A DNA stretch of 64,000 bases from Chara braunii (Eukaryota > Plantae > Charophyceae): contig BFEA01000034.1 in the NCBI GenBank assembly GCA_003427395.1, forward strand, positions 2,200,875-2,264,874, written 5' to 3'. The notes beneath the pieces are model-generated. The model saw only the letters and a list, made by a program, of their open reading frames with translations, was not told the DNA's origin and searched no databases. Positions 12,805 to 25,565 of the stretch are shown piece by piece. The position numbers were made by a program, and so were the translations under genes. Positions within the stretch are counted from its first letter, which is position 1; each line of letters begins with the position of its first letter.

Positions 12805-15020
12805 CTACCCCTTCTTCAATCGACGTCTGGTACTTTTTCTTCGATTTTTCACCAGTCTTCTCCTTTCCTTCCTTAATATCATGCTTTCATTTCTTAGCTC
12901 TCCTTCAATGCGTTTGTCCTCTTCTCCTCTGAGTAATTCGTCCTGATCGTCCTCTTCTTCCTCTATATCAATAGAAGTTTCTCCTTGAGGTGGCACAGGA
13001 GCCTGGGTTGGTTCCTTGGGCGCATTACCTCCCTTAGGCTTTCGTGCAGTATGAGGGACAAAGTTTCTAAGAGCCTGGTAGGCGGCTTCTGACCCAGCAG
13101 CCAGAGTGACTCTCAGAGCTTTGGGATTAGGAATTCTCAGCTCATCGTTCTCTTTTCCCTGACTCATGGTGAATACATGCAGAATTCTCATTTCCAAATT
13201 TTGTACTTCCTCGCAAATACTAGTCATTCTCGTATTTAGTCTACTCATCTTATCTATCATGTCCTCCATCCTTTCCAAGGTTTCTTTAGCTGACTCTCTA
13301 CTTACATCGTCTTCTTCTAGCTTAATCTCAATCAGCGGGGTATCCTTTTCTTCCTCACTTATCTTTATTCCCTTCCTTAGTTGGTCACTTAGCTCATCAA
13401 TTTCCTCTACCCAAACAAATGGGTCTTTTTTCTCTTGCCATATACGAAACATAGCTGGAGCGCTGGGTCCGAGTCTTGCAATCCTGATTGCCTCCTTCCT
13501 TGTGCCCCTGGGGATGTTTGGGTCAATCCGGTTCCCTCATTTATCAAACATCCCCATCGATGTTTGACGTGATCAATCCGTCCTATTCATCCATCTTTCT
13601 AACATGACACCTTTTCACAATATGTGCTTTTATCGTGCAATGCGTACATATGCACTCGTTGTAATCTATCCAACCTCTCCCGGTCCCTTAACCACTCCAT
13701 TGCCCATCATTTCTTCCAAATCCCCTACCATAGTTCTGGTTATATCCCTGATCATACCCTTGACCATAGCCTTGGTTGTATCCTTGTCTGATCATATTAA
13801 AACTCACTTGATTGCAGTTCCCGGACTGAGCACCTCCCTAATGTCCCCAACTCCCTCCTTGTTTGTCATTTCCTCTTCTCCGTGACCATTTCCTCGTCCT
13901 CCATTTCTACCCTTACCATGTCCTTGTCCATGTCCCTGACCCTGAAATTGATTTTGAACTTGATTACCTTGTTGCGGCAGAGCGTGTTGTGGTTGACCCC
14001 CATCTGCTCCTCGGCCTTGTGATGGTTCTGCCTCAGCTTCCTGAACTTCGGGCAAGTTTGGATACATCCCAATTTGACCGAAACCCGGTCATTGATTCCT
14101 GGGGTAGTAGCCAGGCCAAACCCCCATGGGAGTTACCACCGGCCAAGGCCCAAATTGAGATGTTGGGGCGGGTGCCCCCAAGACATTTGGTGTCACAGTT
14201 TGCTGTGAGTTTTGCCATTTTCCAGCTCCTTGTTTCCTTGATGCCTGGTTTTGATTCTGCTTTTGAGCTTTCTTAGACTGTAATACTGGTTCAGATTTCT
14301 TCCCTTCTTTATTCCCTTCACCTTCTCCTTCATACCTCATTTTATTCGACGTTTGTCCGACCGCCATCACTTTTCCAGATTCCACCTTATCCTTCAACTC
14401 TTTCAGTTGAGTTTCCATACTACTCAGTACTCCTCCTAGGGCAGAGTCGGCCCCTTGGATGACACCTATCTCCTTTCTTTTCTTCCTTTCCATCTTCACT
14501 TGGTGACGGAACACCTGGTCTAAGTCCCTAGATGCTAAGTTTCTCTTTATTGTCTCCCATGACGTCTTTCGTCCTGATGCACCTCCCCGGGTCAATTCCA
14601 TAGTCTCATAGCCCGAAATTTTTCCCAGGAAGATAACACACTGCATTTCCTCGGAAAGTCCCGGAACTCGCTCTGCCATTTTCTCAAAGGCTGTTGCAAA
14701 AACTCCTATTGTAGTGAAATCATTCCTGTTGATGTTGTGAAGCTGGTCAATTGTCAATAACCCATCTCCCAGCTTGTACTTTCTCTGCATTTCTTTCTTG
14801 AAACTGTTCCAATCTCCTTGGGCATCAGCCACAATCTTTTCAATCTCGAGGCGAAACTCCCACCATACATATTCAAACATTGCGATATACGTCCTTCTTT
14901 GAAGGGAAAAATTTCTATCCGGAGCAGCTGAGACCTCTTGACATTTCTATTGTCTAGTAATCGCGCGATCTCGGCCGCGGTCATGGACCCTAATCCTCAT
15001 GTTCCATTAGCGTCTCACAT
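12805..15020 (-). pseudogene. gag: A gag (capsid-like, G/Q-rich linker, CCHC knuckle remnant), disrupted
   Basis: ORF pieces 14754-14984, 14089-14880, 13804-14067 and 12805-13452; CTHCxIKxHxVKRC at ~13605-13650; colinear with B gag. Confidence 0.85.
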
Positions 15021-15301
15021 TCTTCCCGCAATTCCCAGTAAATCTGTTTTACACAAGCAAAAACGACGGATTTTTCAGGTTACTCTTGGCCGTCTAACGT
15101 TTCCCTTTTTAGGTTTTTCCTTTTCCCCAAGATGTTATTCAAGACTCTTAGTACCTACAGTTCTAACTTGTTTTCCATGACTTCCTACCTTCTCTTCCTC
15201 ACCAACTGACACCTTCTAGCCTTCCTAGTTTATGTGCCCCTAATTACTACCTCATCTTAAGACCAAAATGAGATTGGCTCTAGACATCTTTCCGGATTTC
15301 T

Positions 15302-16079
15302 TCACCACTCTACCCTTCCAACCTCTTCGGCGTACATCCAATTTCCCGTCCATAAGTCATACATCATCCCAAACATTATAGGGATACCATCAATGCATAT
15401 TTTGATTTTTAGCTCCGCTTTTAGTCTTTCCCAATATGTCTGCCTTGGCTCCATAAAATGGACACGGACATAAGCATTTACCATGGATAGGATTTCCTCG
15501 AAGTCTCTATTAGCCAATTCTGGTCTCATTTTTCAATATAGGCAATAGAGAGTTTGAGGTGTGAAAAATTCACATCCTGTCTGAGGCGCCGCTAGGGCTT
15601 TCAAGGCTGCTTGTTCCACGTTTACGTGTCCTTTGAAAACTTCAACAATGATGAAGTCTGGAAGAGCGACTACTATATAGTCGGTGGGATACACAAAATC
15701 TGACGCCCATTTCGCTTCTATCATTGGTATAACTTGTCGGAATTTTCCTCAGCTTGTCTCTCGGATTTTGTCCTCAAGGACTGTCCCGAGAAGTAAGATG
15801 TATCGCGACAGGGGTTGACTATGTCCTATTGCCAGGTCTATCCCATGCATCCTCCATAGATGCGACGAAAGATACAAGGTTGCTCGTTCTATTATACTTT
15901 CTCTATCTGGGTTGTGTCCAATTTATACCCATACAAATGCTTCAGGCCCGATCGAGGTGCCCCACCATGCGGTGATTTCTTTTTCTCTTTCACTTAGGCC
16001 TCGAGGTAGTAACATCTTCAACCCCTGTCGAGTACAAACGGGCAGTTCAATCCCCAAATCCCTGATTGGCATACAACAT
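15302..16079 (-). pseudogene. A ORF1b: unknown accessory ORF upstream of gag (paralog of ORF1a)
   Basis: Fragments WWGTSIGPEAFVWV / IEAKWASDFVYPTDYI..LPDFII / MRPELANRDFEEILS..YWERLK align with ORF1a and with B 43152-43913. Confidence 0.75.
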
Positions 16080-16361
16080 CTTGGGCGATCTCCGGTGGCC
16101 TGAGCGTGCAAAGAAAGAGACAAAAAACATTACAGTTAATAATTCTTTATTTTTATTTTTTAAGCCTGCCCCAGATGTGAACATTTTTAACCTAAGGCTT
16201 CCTATCTCTTCATGCCATACCCTTTTCTCTTCTCAGTATACTCATTCATTACTCCTTCCTACAGGCAACGTAGACAAGCAAATGCCTTCCTTTAGCTTCC
16301 TCATCTTCCCTTTTTTGTCCCTCGTGCTCTCTTCTCATCTCAACGTCCTGCCCTATCATTC

Positions 16362-17147
16362 TTAGAACACAGACCCCCTCTCTTCTTCTTCCATTTCACT
16401 TACCGTTACCCAGTCCCCGGACCAGAAGTTATAGACCAAGCCAAACATAGCGGGAATACCATCCACGCAGAATCCCGTGCGTACCTTCTCCTTCAGTTTT
16501 TCCCAATACCCAAATATTTCCTCCATAAGGTAAATTCGGGCATATGTGTATACGATGGACAAAATATTGCTAAAACCACTTTCAGTTAGCTCGGGGCCCA
16601 TCTCCTGGTATAAGCAGTAGATCATATGAGGGGTGGAGAAGTCGTATCCTCTATTAGGTACTCTCAGTGCGGCTTCAGCGGCCAACTCTACTCTTGCTTG
16701 ACCATTCAACACCTCATTCATAATGAAATCAGGGAGTGTGGTTCTAATGTAGCGGATCGGAAGAACAAAGTTTTTGGCCGGACGCATTTTGATTTCCTTT
16801 ATAACTTTTCCTGCTTCTCGCTATCGACCCTCTCGGCTCCAGACGTTGAGTGTCGCTTCTGCCATCCCTGTAAGTTGTTGTAGATATTCTTTCCGTTCTT
16901 GACTGAGATCCATTTCATGACCATGCCAGAGACGATTAGTCAGGTAGAGGATGACTCTCACACTACGACATTCTTCTACCGTATCCCAACTCGTCTCTAC
17001 CCACATGAATGCCTCATTTCCCAACGAGTTGCCCCACCATGACTCGCAAAGTTCTACTCTGTCTTTCCCTTTCGGTAGCGTCATTTCTAGCCCATCTTTG
17101 TTCCTAATTGGTACCTCGACCCTGGAAACCTGCTCCGTGTAAGGCAT
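16362..17147 (-). pseudogene. A ORF1a: unknown accessory ORF (one frameshift near 16800)
   Basis: ORFs 16821-17147 and 16362-16787 join into a ~260 aa protein homologous to ORF1b. Confidence 0.75.
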
Positions 17148-17512
17148 CTTGATGGAATTCGGGCGACCTCTTTAGTGACCTGTTTATGCAAAGGGCAAAA
17201 CAGAAACAACCATTAAATGTATTTTTTTTCTGTCATTATAAGCACTAACTTCTACTACCCTTGCTACGGAGTATCCCGATTTTCATTGGTACCTATTATT
17301 AATCAAAGTCCTTTATTTATAACTGGTTTTTCTCTTGTATACCCCTTGACTCTTTAGTTCCTTGCTGGTATCTATTGCTTATTTGAGTGATAAGTTTAAC
17401 AAGAGTTAAGTAAGGATAATGAAACTCCGCATCGCGCATTATTACATTTCCCCAGTCTGGATACCTTCCCCTTCACAAACTCAGATGGATCTCCTCAATC
17501 ACCGTTTTCTAA

Positions 17513-18079
17513 TCAGCAACGAGGGAAAGCCTTGGCCTCATCGTACCCTAATCTCCTCCTTTCGATGCTTCCTCGGATAATCCCCCTATATAGTAGGTAC
17601 GAGATGAACCAGCATAACTCAACCTGGCATAGGAATAATAGTGTTAAGGTAATGCACAACGTATGATTTGTTGGGACGTTCTGAGATACTACGGGAGGAT
17701 CAGGTACATATGGCGGTGGAGGTGGAAGCGCAGACCGAGGTGGTTGAGGAACTATAGCCAGTTGTTGAAGACGGCGTGCCATGGAAGAAGATGGTGAAGA
17801 GTATGTCATAGGATAGTATCAAGAAGGTGGTTCGAATCGTGGAGGCGGGGCGCCATAATGTTGTTCGTATTTATAAGAATAATACGCCATTTTTCTAGGG
17901 GACGGCGTGCGCTCGCGGAAGTCTTCCTAATGCCGGCGCAATCGCGGCCCTTTCCAGTTTTCCTCCTCTTCCTCTTCCTCCTCTTGCTCTTCTCTTTCCC
18001 TTGTCAAGTCAATCGGCATATCTGTAGCCTTTCCTTGCCATCCACCTCTTCCTCTTCCAGTCCCTGATCCGCGTAGCAT
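17513..18079 (-). pseudogene. A ORF0: RG-rich/acidic N-terminus, Pro-rich middle, hydrophobic C-terminus
   Basis: ATG at 18079 gives MLRGSGTGRGRGGWQGKATDMPIDLTREREE; the C-terminus PDPPVVSQ..LCITLTLLFLCQVELCWFISYLLY matches B ORF 44757-45254. Confidence 0.7.
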
Positions 18080-18668
18080 GACTAAAGGTATTACTTATAG
18101 AAATGTTGTAAGTGTCTAATCACTAAGTGATTAAAACAACGTCTAAGGCTGGGGATACGTATGGATTATAAGGGATATCAAAATGACTGTGTAGTATAAG
18201 CTATCTGCCTGATGAGCCTCTAATGTCGAAAAATAAAAGCACATGATTGTCGTAGGAACTGGAAGGGGTTATCTAGAGAAACATCTTGGCTGACTTGACG
18301 AGACTTGTCAACTTCTTATTATTAGTTCTTCCGCTACCCCTATCGATGAAGGATTTTGTGTTTCTACCTATTATTCATATGCGTCCTCTTTAGTAGGCAA
18401 AAGGAACAAGTATCTTCCCAGGAAGTAACAGAAGTACATACTAAGGCTCGTAGTGATGACCAGTGAGATACGTAAGCCTATACTCGTCATATCTCAAGGT
18501 ACTTAAACACAAGGCTTGTATCAGGAGACTAACAACTATTCTTATTATTATAAGTACTGCTTATCGAACGTTTATACTCTACTCTATTCCTTCACGTGTC
18601 GTTTTGCTAGGGCTTCAATTAACCAGACCCACGTCCGTTCACATAGAACCCCGACAGGCAACCGAAGG

Positions 18669-18686
18669 TCCCCGGCAACGACGCCA
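18669..18686 (-). promoter_or_regulatory. PBS (tRNA-Asp) of element A
   Basis: Minus strand TGGCGTCGTTGCCGGGGA, 2 nt from the LTR end (plus-strand TG at 18689). Confidence 0.85.
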
Positions 18687-20594
18687 CCTGTCGCGCGCGG
18701 CGGTCCCGCAGTCGGAGGGCGCGGTATCCCGACCCTCCTTTGTGTGCCAGATTTCTGCTCGGCACAATCCTTTGTCTTGATGTCCACGGTTCATTGGACG
18801 TGTTTTGAAACACCTGCAAGGCTGATATCGGAGCTGTACTTTGATGTGAGGAGGCCCAAGTGGCTTTCGCCTTGGCAAAAGGGTGCGCCATAGGACTTTC
18901 CTTTGGTCCACGTAGGCTCGACGCCCTGCTGTACAGCAGAGCATTACCGGCCTGTAGTCGTGGTAGCTGTCGGGCTCGTTGTCGCGCGCGCCGGTCCCAC
19001 ACCCTAGACGCAAAGTATATTTTGTGTCGGACCTCACGGTCGTGTCACGCAGGAGTTTTTTCTTGTCACTTTACGAAATACCAACTCCGACCGTGCGCGC
19101 GTGTTATACCTCTCGCGACTCCCTACGACAGGTTAGGGTCCCGCGAGGTACAACATTACCTCCACCTGCGGGAGCTGTCACCATCCCTTAGGTGGGCGTA
19201 TCCCTGTTGAGCTACTGACCCACGTACGAAGGTTTTTACATGCAATCGCAGAGGTAGGTCAGCCGAGGGTGTTTTCTCGATCGCCGTAGCATAGGCATAC
19301 GTGCGGTAGAACGCCTTAAGATTGACCCGTATGTCGTGCCCCGAGGCGCTAACTCCCCGGACCGACTATTAATCAGATCGACTTTTCTATGACATTTTTC
19401 CACACTTAACTAACTAAGATAATGACTCAATGTTTACTTTGCTCAATATGTGAGAATGCCAGGGTTGATCCCCTTCGTGGTCTCCTATTCTTCTCGAACA
19501 GAAGCCTAAACAAATGACTTTCCGATCCAGAACAACTACGATCCCATTCACAAGTATATGTATATATAAATGTATGTATGTAAATCAAGGGAGCTGACTG
19601 AGCGATGAACCTCAATTTCACGATTGTCGTGTACCTTTGCCCGAATTTCTCAGATGATCCCAAACTCAGGAAACAACACAAACGTCTGACACCTGTGCAG
19701 ATGCAAGACATTACACATAAGCATGCAAATGCAGACACAGAATGCGCTACAAGCGTCAACCTTTAATCCATTCATAGCATGTCACTCACGCCCCAAACCC
19801 TTGAAAACAACATGCTTTCCTAACCCTGACTCCTTTTACCCCAGCCCCACACATTTTGAAGACTCCGTAGTGTGATTTTGACGATTTAGGCATAGATACA
19901 GGGAGAAGATTTATCTGTTTCTTCTTAGGTCTTGGCTTAGGTGTGGGGGTCAAACCATGGTGGAAGTAGAGTCGGAGTTCTACCGACCTGTTATCAAATG
20001 ATAACAGAATTGTTGTTCTTACGGATGCCCCGTAAGTTCTCCGACGTGTCGAAACCTGTAGACACAACACAGTCCAAGAGAAACTTAACATCTCTCTTCT
20101 TAACTCAGGTCTAGGAAACTGCCTTCTAGACTCTGTGTTTTTCTGTCTGACTTTTATCCTTAACTAAACGTTTGGGTTGTTGCCCTTTCGCTTCAGGCAG
20201 TAAATAATAATTCACCCCCTTTTTACTGTCACAGTAATTCTCCATATTCCTTTCACTATCTCATTCCTATCCCTTTTGGGATTATCCTGTCTAAGTTCCC
20301 TTCCTTCTCCCAACACACATGAACACATCATCAATCCAACTTGTGGAAAGAATCTCAAGGAAAGAAATCAGACAAATGGATAGTTTCTCCTTGAGGCAAG
20401 ATCTCACTTATCCCCTCTCAGTAGAATCAGAGATAGTTACTTAGGACTGAACAATGCAGATCGAGGAAAAAGTTTGCGGTAGTATGACAGATCATTCAAG
20501 ATATATCCTCTTGTTACTCAAAATTGTTTGACAAAGGCAAATCTTGTGGGTTTTGGCCCTTATGAGCCAAAGCACACTTAGCGGTAGGATTATC

Positions 20595-21315
20595 CTATGG
20601 CTAGTCACTGATAAGGCAGATATCCCTGAAACCTCACTACTCTTATATTAGACTAGTCACTGATAAGGCAGGATTTCCTAGCTACTCTTATCACTGGGTA
20701 GCCCTTAATAAGGCGGGTGTCCAAGGATCCTTGCTATTCTTATCACTGACTAAGCGATAGGATGTTTATTGATAAGACATGTGTCCTTGAAACNNNNNNN
20801 NNNNNNNNNNNNNNNNNNNNNNNNNNNNNNNNNNNNNNNNNNNNNNNNNNNNNNNNNNNNNNNNNNNNNNNNNNNNNNNNNNNTACTCTTATATCAGACT
20901 AGTCACTGATAAGGCAGGATTTCCCTGCTTCTCTTATCACTGGCTAGCCCTTAATAAGGCGGGTGTCCAAGGATCCTTACTACTCTTACCACTGAATGAA
21001 TGTTAGGTTGATGAATGATAAGGCAGGTGTCCTTGAAACCTCACTACTCTTATATCGGACTGGTCACTGATAAGGCAGGATTTCCCTGCTTCTCTTATCA
21101 GTGGCTAACCCTCAATAAGGTGGGTGTCCAAGGATCCTTATTACTCTTACCACTGAAAAAAATGTTGGATTGGTTAATGATAAGGCAGGTGTCCTTGAAA
21201 CCTCACTACTCNTATATCAGACTAGTCACTGATAAAGCAGGATTTCCCTACTTCTCTTATCACTTGCTAGCCCTCAATAAGGAGGGTGTTGAAGGATCCT
21301 GCTCTTACCACTGAC
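20595..21315. repeat. Tandem array of ~160 bp units built from ~50 bp hairpin subrepeats (contains an N gap)
   Basis: Recurrent CTAGTCACTGATAAGGCAGGATTTCCCTGCTTCTCTTATCACTGG...; TGATAAG/CTTATCA and GCAGG/CCTGC are inverted pairs. Confidence 0.9.
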
Positions 21316-22096
21316 CAAGCGTAAGGCTCATCGGAGTTAAGGCAGACTTTCTCTGTTGTTCTTACCTTCACACAAGTCTCACCGATGGATCAAGTTATCG
21401 CTTTCGATGGTATTCGAGCCCTGAACCGTTGAAAGTTTCAGGACTTATGCTGGAGTCAGATGCATAATGAGAAATAATTGGTGTGATCTATGGCAATAGA
21501 TTACAGCAAGCTTAAATCAGGTACACATCATTGTTTAGATGAGGTATAGAAAAAATGATCGTGAGAGGTTGATAACTTGTATCCACATCTTCAACCAATG
21601 CCCACACAGCAAGATTGTTGTATCCAGAAACAATCAGTCTCTATTCAGCAAACCTTTTCTCTATCCGCAATCCAAGATTTTTAAGAGTTATTGATTCTGA
21701 ATCCCTAACTCTTATAATCATTGTCACGATGATAGCTTGTACGAGACAGCATCTGGGTCAAAGTAACGTACCTCGTCATTCCCTGCCTCCAGAGTTCCGC
21801 CTGAACTCCGGCAGAGCTCCCGCAATCGCCCTGTTACATGGATCAAATATGGAACGGGAGTCCATTTGCGCATGAGTCCTGTTCTCAGTAAGTCATTTGA
21901 AAATACTATTTCACTTACGTTGCTTGAAGACGGTTGTGTGCTTATGTGGGGCTTAGGCATAGGAAAGCGAAGGAGGATGAAGGATGTAAGAGCCGTCATA
22001 CTTGTTGGCACCCCTCCCTTGCTCTGTTGCCTCGCACCCCTGTCCGATTCTGTATTCTAGTATGTGGTCTCAAACGATATAAATAATAATAATACC

Positions 22097-22130
<34 letters not shown>

Positions 22131-24660
22131 TACTGATAAAAGAACAATAATAATAGTAATAATAATGATAATAATAATAATAATTATATCTAGGATTATG
22201 AAAACGAATGACATCCAACCCGGATTGCGAGATCACACAAACGTCTAAATAGTTGTATACAAGCAACAAGTATCATAGTTTTGTGCCTTCAGCCGAACAG
22301 AGCAATACAAAGAAGTAGCGAACCAAAGCTCAAGTCTTCAGGCCCATGTCAACTCCAATGCCTCAGCCTACTTTGTTTCTCAACTCAACCTACAGCCCCT
22401 TCCTTTTCTCTCTCTCCTCGCCTCCCTTGCTACACGTGTGTCTCCCTCTCTTTGTGTCACTGCATACCACAGTCTGTATCACACTGCGTATGTCACGGTC
22501 TGTATCTCTCCATACAAATCTGAGTCACGACATCCTTTTGTGTTTGTCACAGCATCCGTGTGTCCCACAATATCTATGTATTGTCACAACGGTTATGTGT
22601 TTGTGTATCTGCACAGTCTTTCAATGTCTGTCACTATGAATTGTGTATGCGTGTCGTGTGACTGCGTTAGTGCTCGTTTATGTCACCGTATCATTATTTA
22701 TCTTGCGTGAGCGCCCCAACATCACTGTATGCCTTAGTCTGTATGTGACTGTGTGGGTGACTGTGCACCGTGTGTCACCATACCNGTNTCACCCTATGTT
22801 ACAATCTATGTGTGACTGTGTAGGTGTTGTGCACNGTGTTTCAGTNTCTGCGTGACTATCCCCATGNANGTGTTACCNGTGTACCTNTGTGANACGCGTC
22901 GATAGCGTAATGGTGCAGACCAGAACAAGATCAGCCCTTTTCTCANNTAGTACAGGATAGCGCGNCGAAGGTTAAAGTGCCAATGATCANACCAATNAGT
23001 ATCAAAATGCANATCAGGCATACACCATCACCATCGCAGGGTGTGAAAGGGCCTGGTGCTTACTCAGGGAAAAATGCTCCAGTCTCCCAATCATACGCAG
23101 GCGAGGAGGAGGGAGATCAGACGAAAAAGACCTATAGCGTCACATGTAAGTCCCCTCGCCTCCTTGTCTACCCGTCAATTTGCCTGTATGTGCTTTTATT
23201 GTGTATTCGTCTTCCCGATGTGTCTGTTACCTTATATATCAGTTCACCCCGTATGTCTGATTACCCGGCATATGTGTTCACCCGGCGTGTTAGTTCGTCT
23301 TTTGACTCTTTTCCCTCTTCTCACGCTGTGTGTGCGTAGGTAGGTGAGCGCACAAGATCGTGTCCAGGATGTCCAGGCAATCCGGTGCATGTGAAAGAGA
23401 GAGTTGTTTTGGCGCTGAGTCATCATTGCCGGCGAAAGTGAACTCTCGTCTGGCTGCCAAATCCCTGAGTATTGTTGGGATGGATGCCGTCAGTTTGCTG
23501 TGCCGCCATTTGCAGTCATGAGAAGTGCGAAGAGAAAAATGAGCCTATTTGTAAAAATAGATAATAATAAAAAATTACAATAATAATAACAAAATAACCC
23601 ACTCAGTCCAAATCACAGCGAACTTCAGAAAATCTAACAGTATCATACCCCTGAGGCCAGATAGTCTTGGCCTTGAATCAACAACAGACTTGCATCACCA
23701 GATTCACTAAATAAGAACACACCAATAGTTTATAATTTGACATGCTGAAATTGTCCCATCCCTCATTCATCCATTAAGAACCAGAGTTGGTATCCTACCT
23801 GGCGCTAGGTGCTCAGACTACAGCTGACAGATTTTATCTAGCCTAACACTACATTGCCAAAGTTGTCAACAATCAGCTTCCCGAAGTACGAGCCTACCGC
23901 GGCCTATGCTGTACGTTATTAGCACCAGGTACGTCTTTCGCTATACTCACAACCTGTTTCTCACCACACAGATGCCATATGCACCCAAGGACCACCCTGT
24001 GCCACACCCAGCTCATGGTGGTGCAGCTCGGCTATGGCTGCCCGCCGCTTCCTGCTCGCGCGCGAGAGTGTGACTGCCAGCCAACCAATAGCGCATTAGT
24101 GCTTGCGCAACCTGCAGCCTGCACCCAAATGCCCAATAAGGAGGCAGGCCCTCTGCTGTCCCGAAGCGGCCTGCCTACGTCCAGTCCCAGGAAACTTCCT
24201 GTAGGCCTCGGTAGTCTGAGGCCCAGCATGATCGAGAACAAGCCCGGGGCCTGTGGTGGCTGTATGTGCCAACTGTCTCTGGCATGTGACCCTGTACTCG
24301 CATCCAGTCCGGGGCCTGGATTCTTTTTAACTAACTGGCTCTGCGCAACTGCCGGAACTTTCCCTTTAGTTGTGCGGTGCTCATAGTAGGCCCTGAAGGT
24401 CTCGTCGAGCTTGCCTTCACTTAGGGCGGCCGACTTGCTGCAAAATGGGATCTGGCGGGGCTCATAGAGGCAAGTGGCAAGTGGGTCATTGTGGCGGGTC
24501 AAGTGGTGGACTAGACTGCAGTGCAAATACATAGGTTGGCAGTGAGTCCACAGTCAGTCAGTGGTAAGGTTTGGTCAGTCCCAGTCTGATCTAGCAAGTT
24601 CCGCACGGGACTGTGTGCACTTTGGGCCCAGAAAACGGGCCAGGCCCACGACCTGTAGAA

Positions 24661-24770
24661 GTATAAATCAAGAGGCAGCGGCCAGCCATTCATTCATTCA
24701 CGCGGAGCCATGCGGGGCGTTGACTCAGCGTTCTTGCGTGAGGAGGTCTGCGGTGAGCCCGAAGGACGCA
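24661..24770 (+). promoter_or_regulatory. TATA box plus initiator-like cassette inside the LTR (diverged partial copy at 26255-26360; duplicates at 51064 and 52680)
   Basis: GTATAAATCAAGAGGCAGCGGCCAGCCATTCATTCATTCA: TATA ~25 nt before a pyrimidine/A-rich CATT repeat. Confidence 0.4.
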
Positions 24771-25511
24771 GTGCGTGACCGTGCCTCGTGTCCTTGCGTG
24801 ATTGCATCTGCATTACAATGCGCGTCACCGCATCACCGTGTACAGCCATATCTCTGTGCGCAGTTGCGTCACTAGATACAGCTGTGACACCGGGTATCCG
24901 CGCGACCCTGTACCATCATGTATGAGTGTCTGTTGCATCGTGTCCTGCGTATATACCTTTAGTTACATCGCCATACACTCTGTAATCTTGTGACTGCCCG
25001 CACCACCGTGACCATGTTTGAATCACGGTATCCATGCACCTGTGCTTTCTGACCTTGTACGTGACTGAGTTGTCCGCGGTCTATGTACCTGTGTTTTCAT
25101 TGAGTCATGGCACCTGCGTATTACAGTGTTTGGGTCACCGTGCCTATGCCAGTGTGCGAACATGTCTGTATGTCATAGAGCAACTGTTGTTGTGTGTCTG
25201 CTTATCTGTGTCATAGTCCGTGCCTGTCTGTCCAACCTGTCCGTCTGTTCCTTTAGTTCACTCGCTGGCTGTCGGTTTGCCCACCTGTTAGCCTTGGTTT
25301 TGTGTAGTTGCGCGTATTCGTCCAGGTATGCAAAGTGTTTTGAGTGTGGTATCCCGGGCGATCCGGTGTATGTGTTTCCGGGAGTCGTTTGGGCGCTAAG
25401 TTGCCAAATTCTTTGGAAGTGAACCCGTACCCCGGGTTTCGAGCAGGCGCATGTTGCTGCGGTGCTGTTTGAATGTGTGAAAAGTGTGGCTGAGAACGAG
25501 TTTGATTGTAT

Positions 25512-25565
<54 letters not shown>

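Larger units (their letters stand above)
5895..18979 (-). mobile_element. Element A: decayed Ty3/gypsy LTR retrotransposon (internal region plus terminal 290 bp of its 5' LTR)
   Basis: Domain order gag-PR-RT-RH-INT on the minus strand; PBS at 18669-18686; LTR end at 18689; many stops and frameshifts. A possible polypurine tract (PPT) AGGAGGAAG followed by TGTCAC lies at 5889-5903; the rest of a 3' LTR is not seen. Confidence 0.9.

Noticed and set aside
5200-18979. DIRS-like or DNA-transposon element bounded by terminal inverted repeats
   Set aside because: Each arm contains an LTR end plus tRNA-Asp PBS plus leader, the arms are clearly diverged, and the element encodes a gypsy integrase rather than a tyrosine recombinase. 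Two opposed LTR elements explain it better.
20595-21315. CRISPR array or tandem hammerheads (CTGATAAGG...GAAAC)
   Set aside because: No unique spacers or cas genes, and the context is eukaryotic. The core is CUGAUAA rather than CUGANGA, and stem II does not abut GAAA properly.
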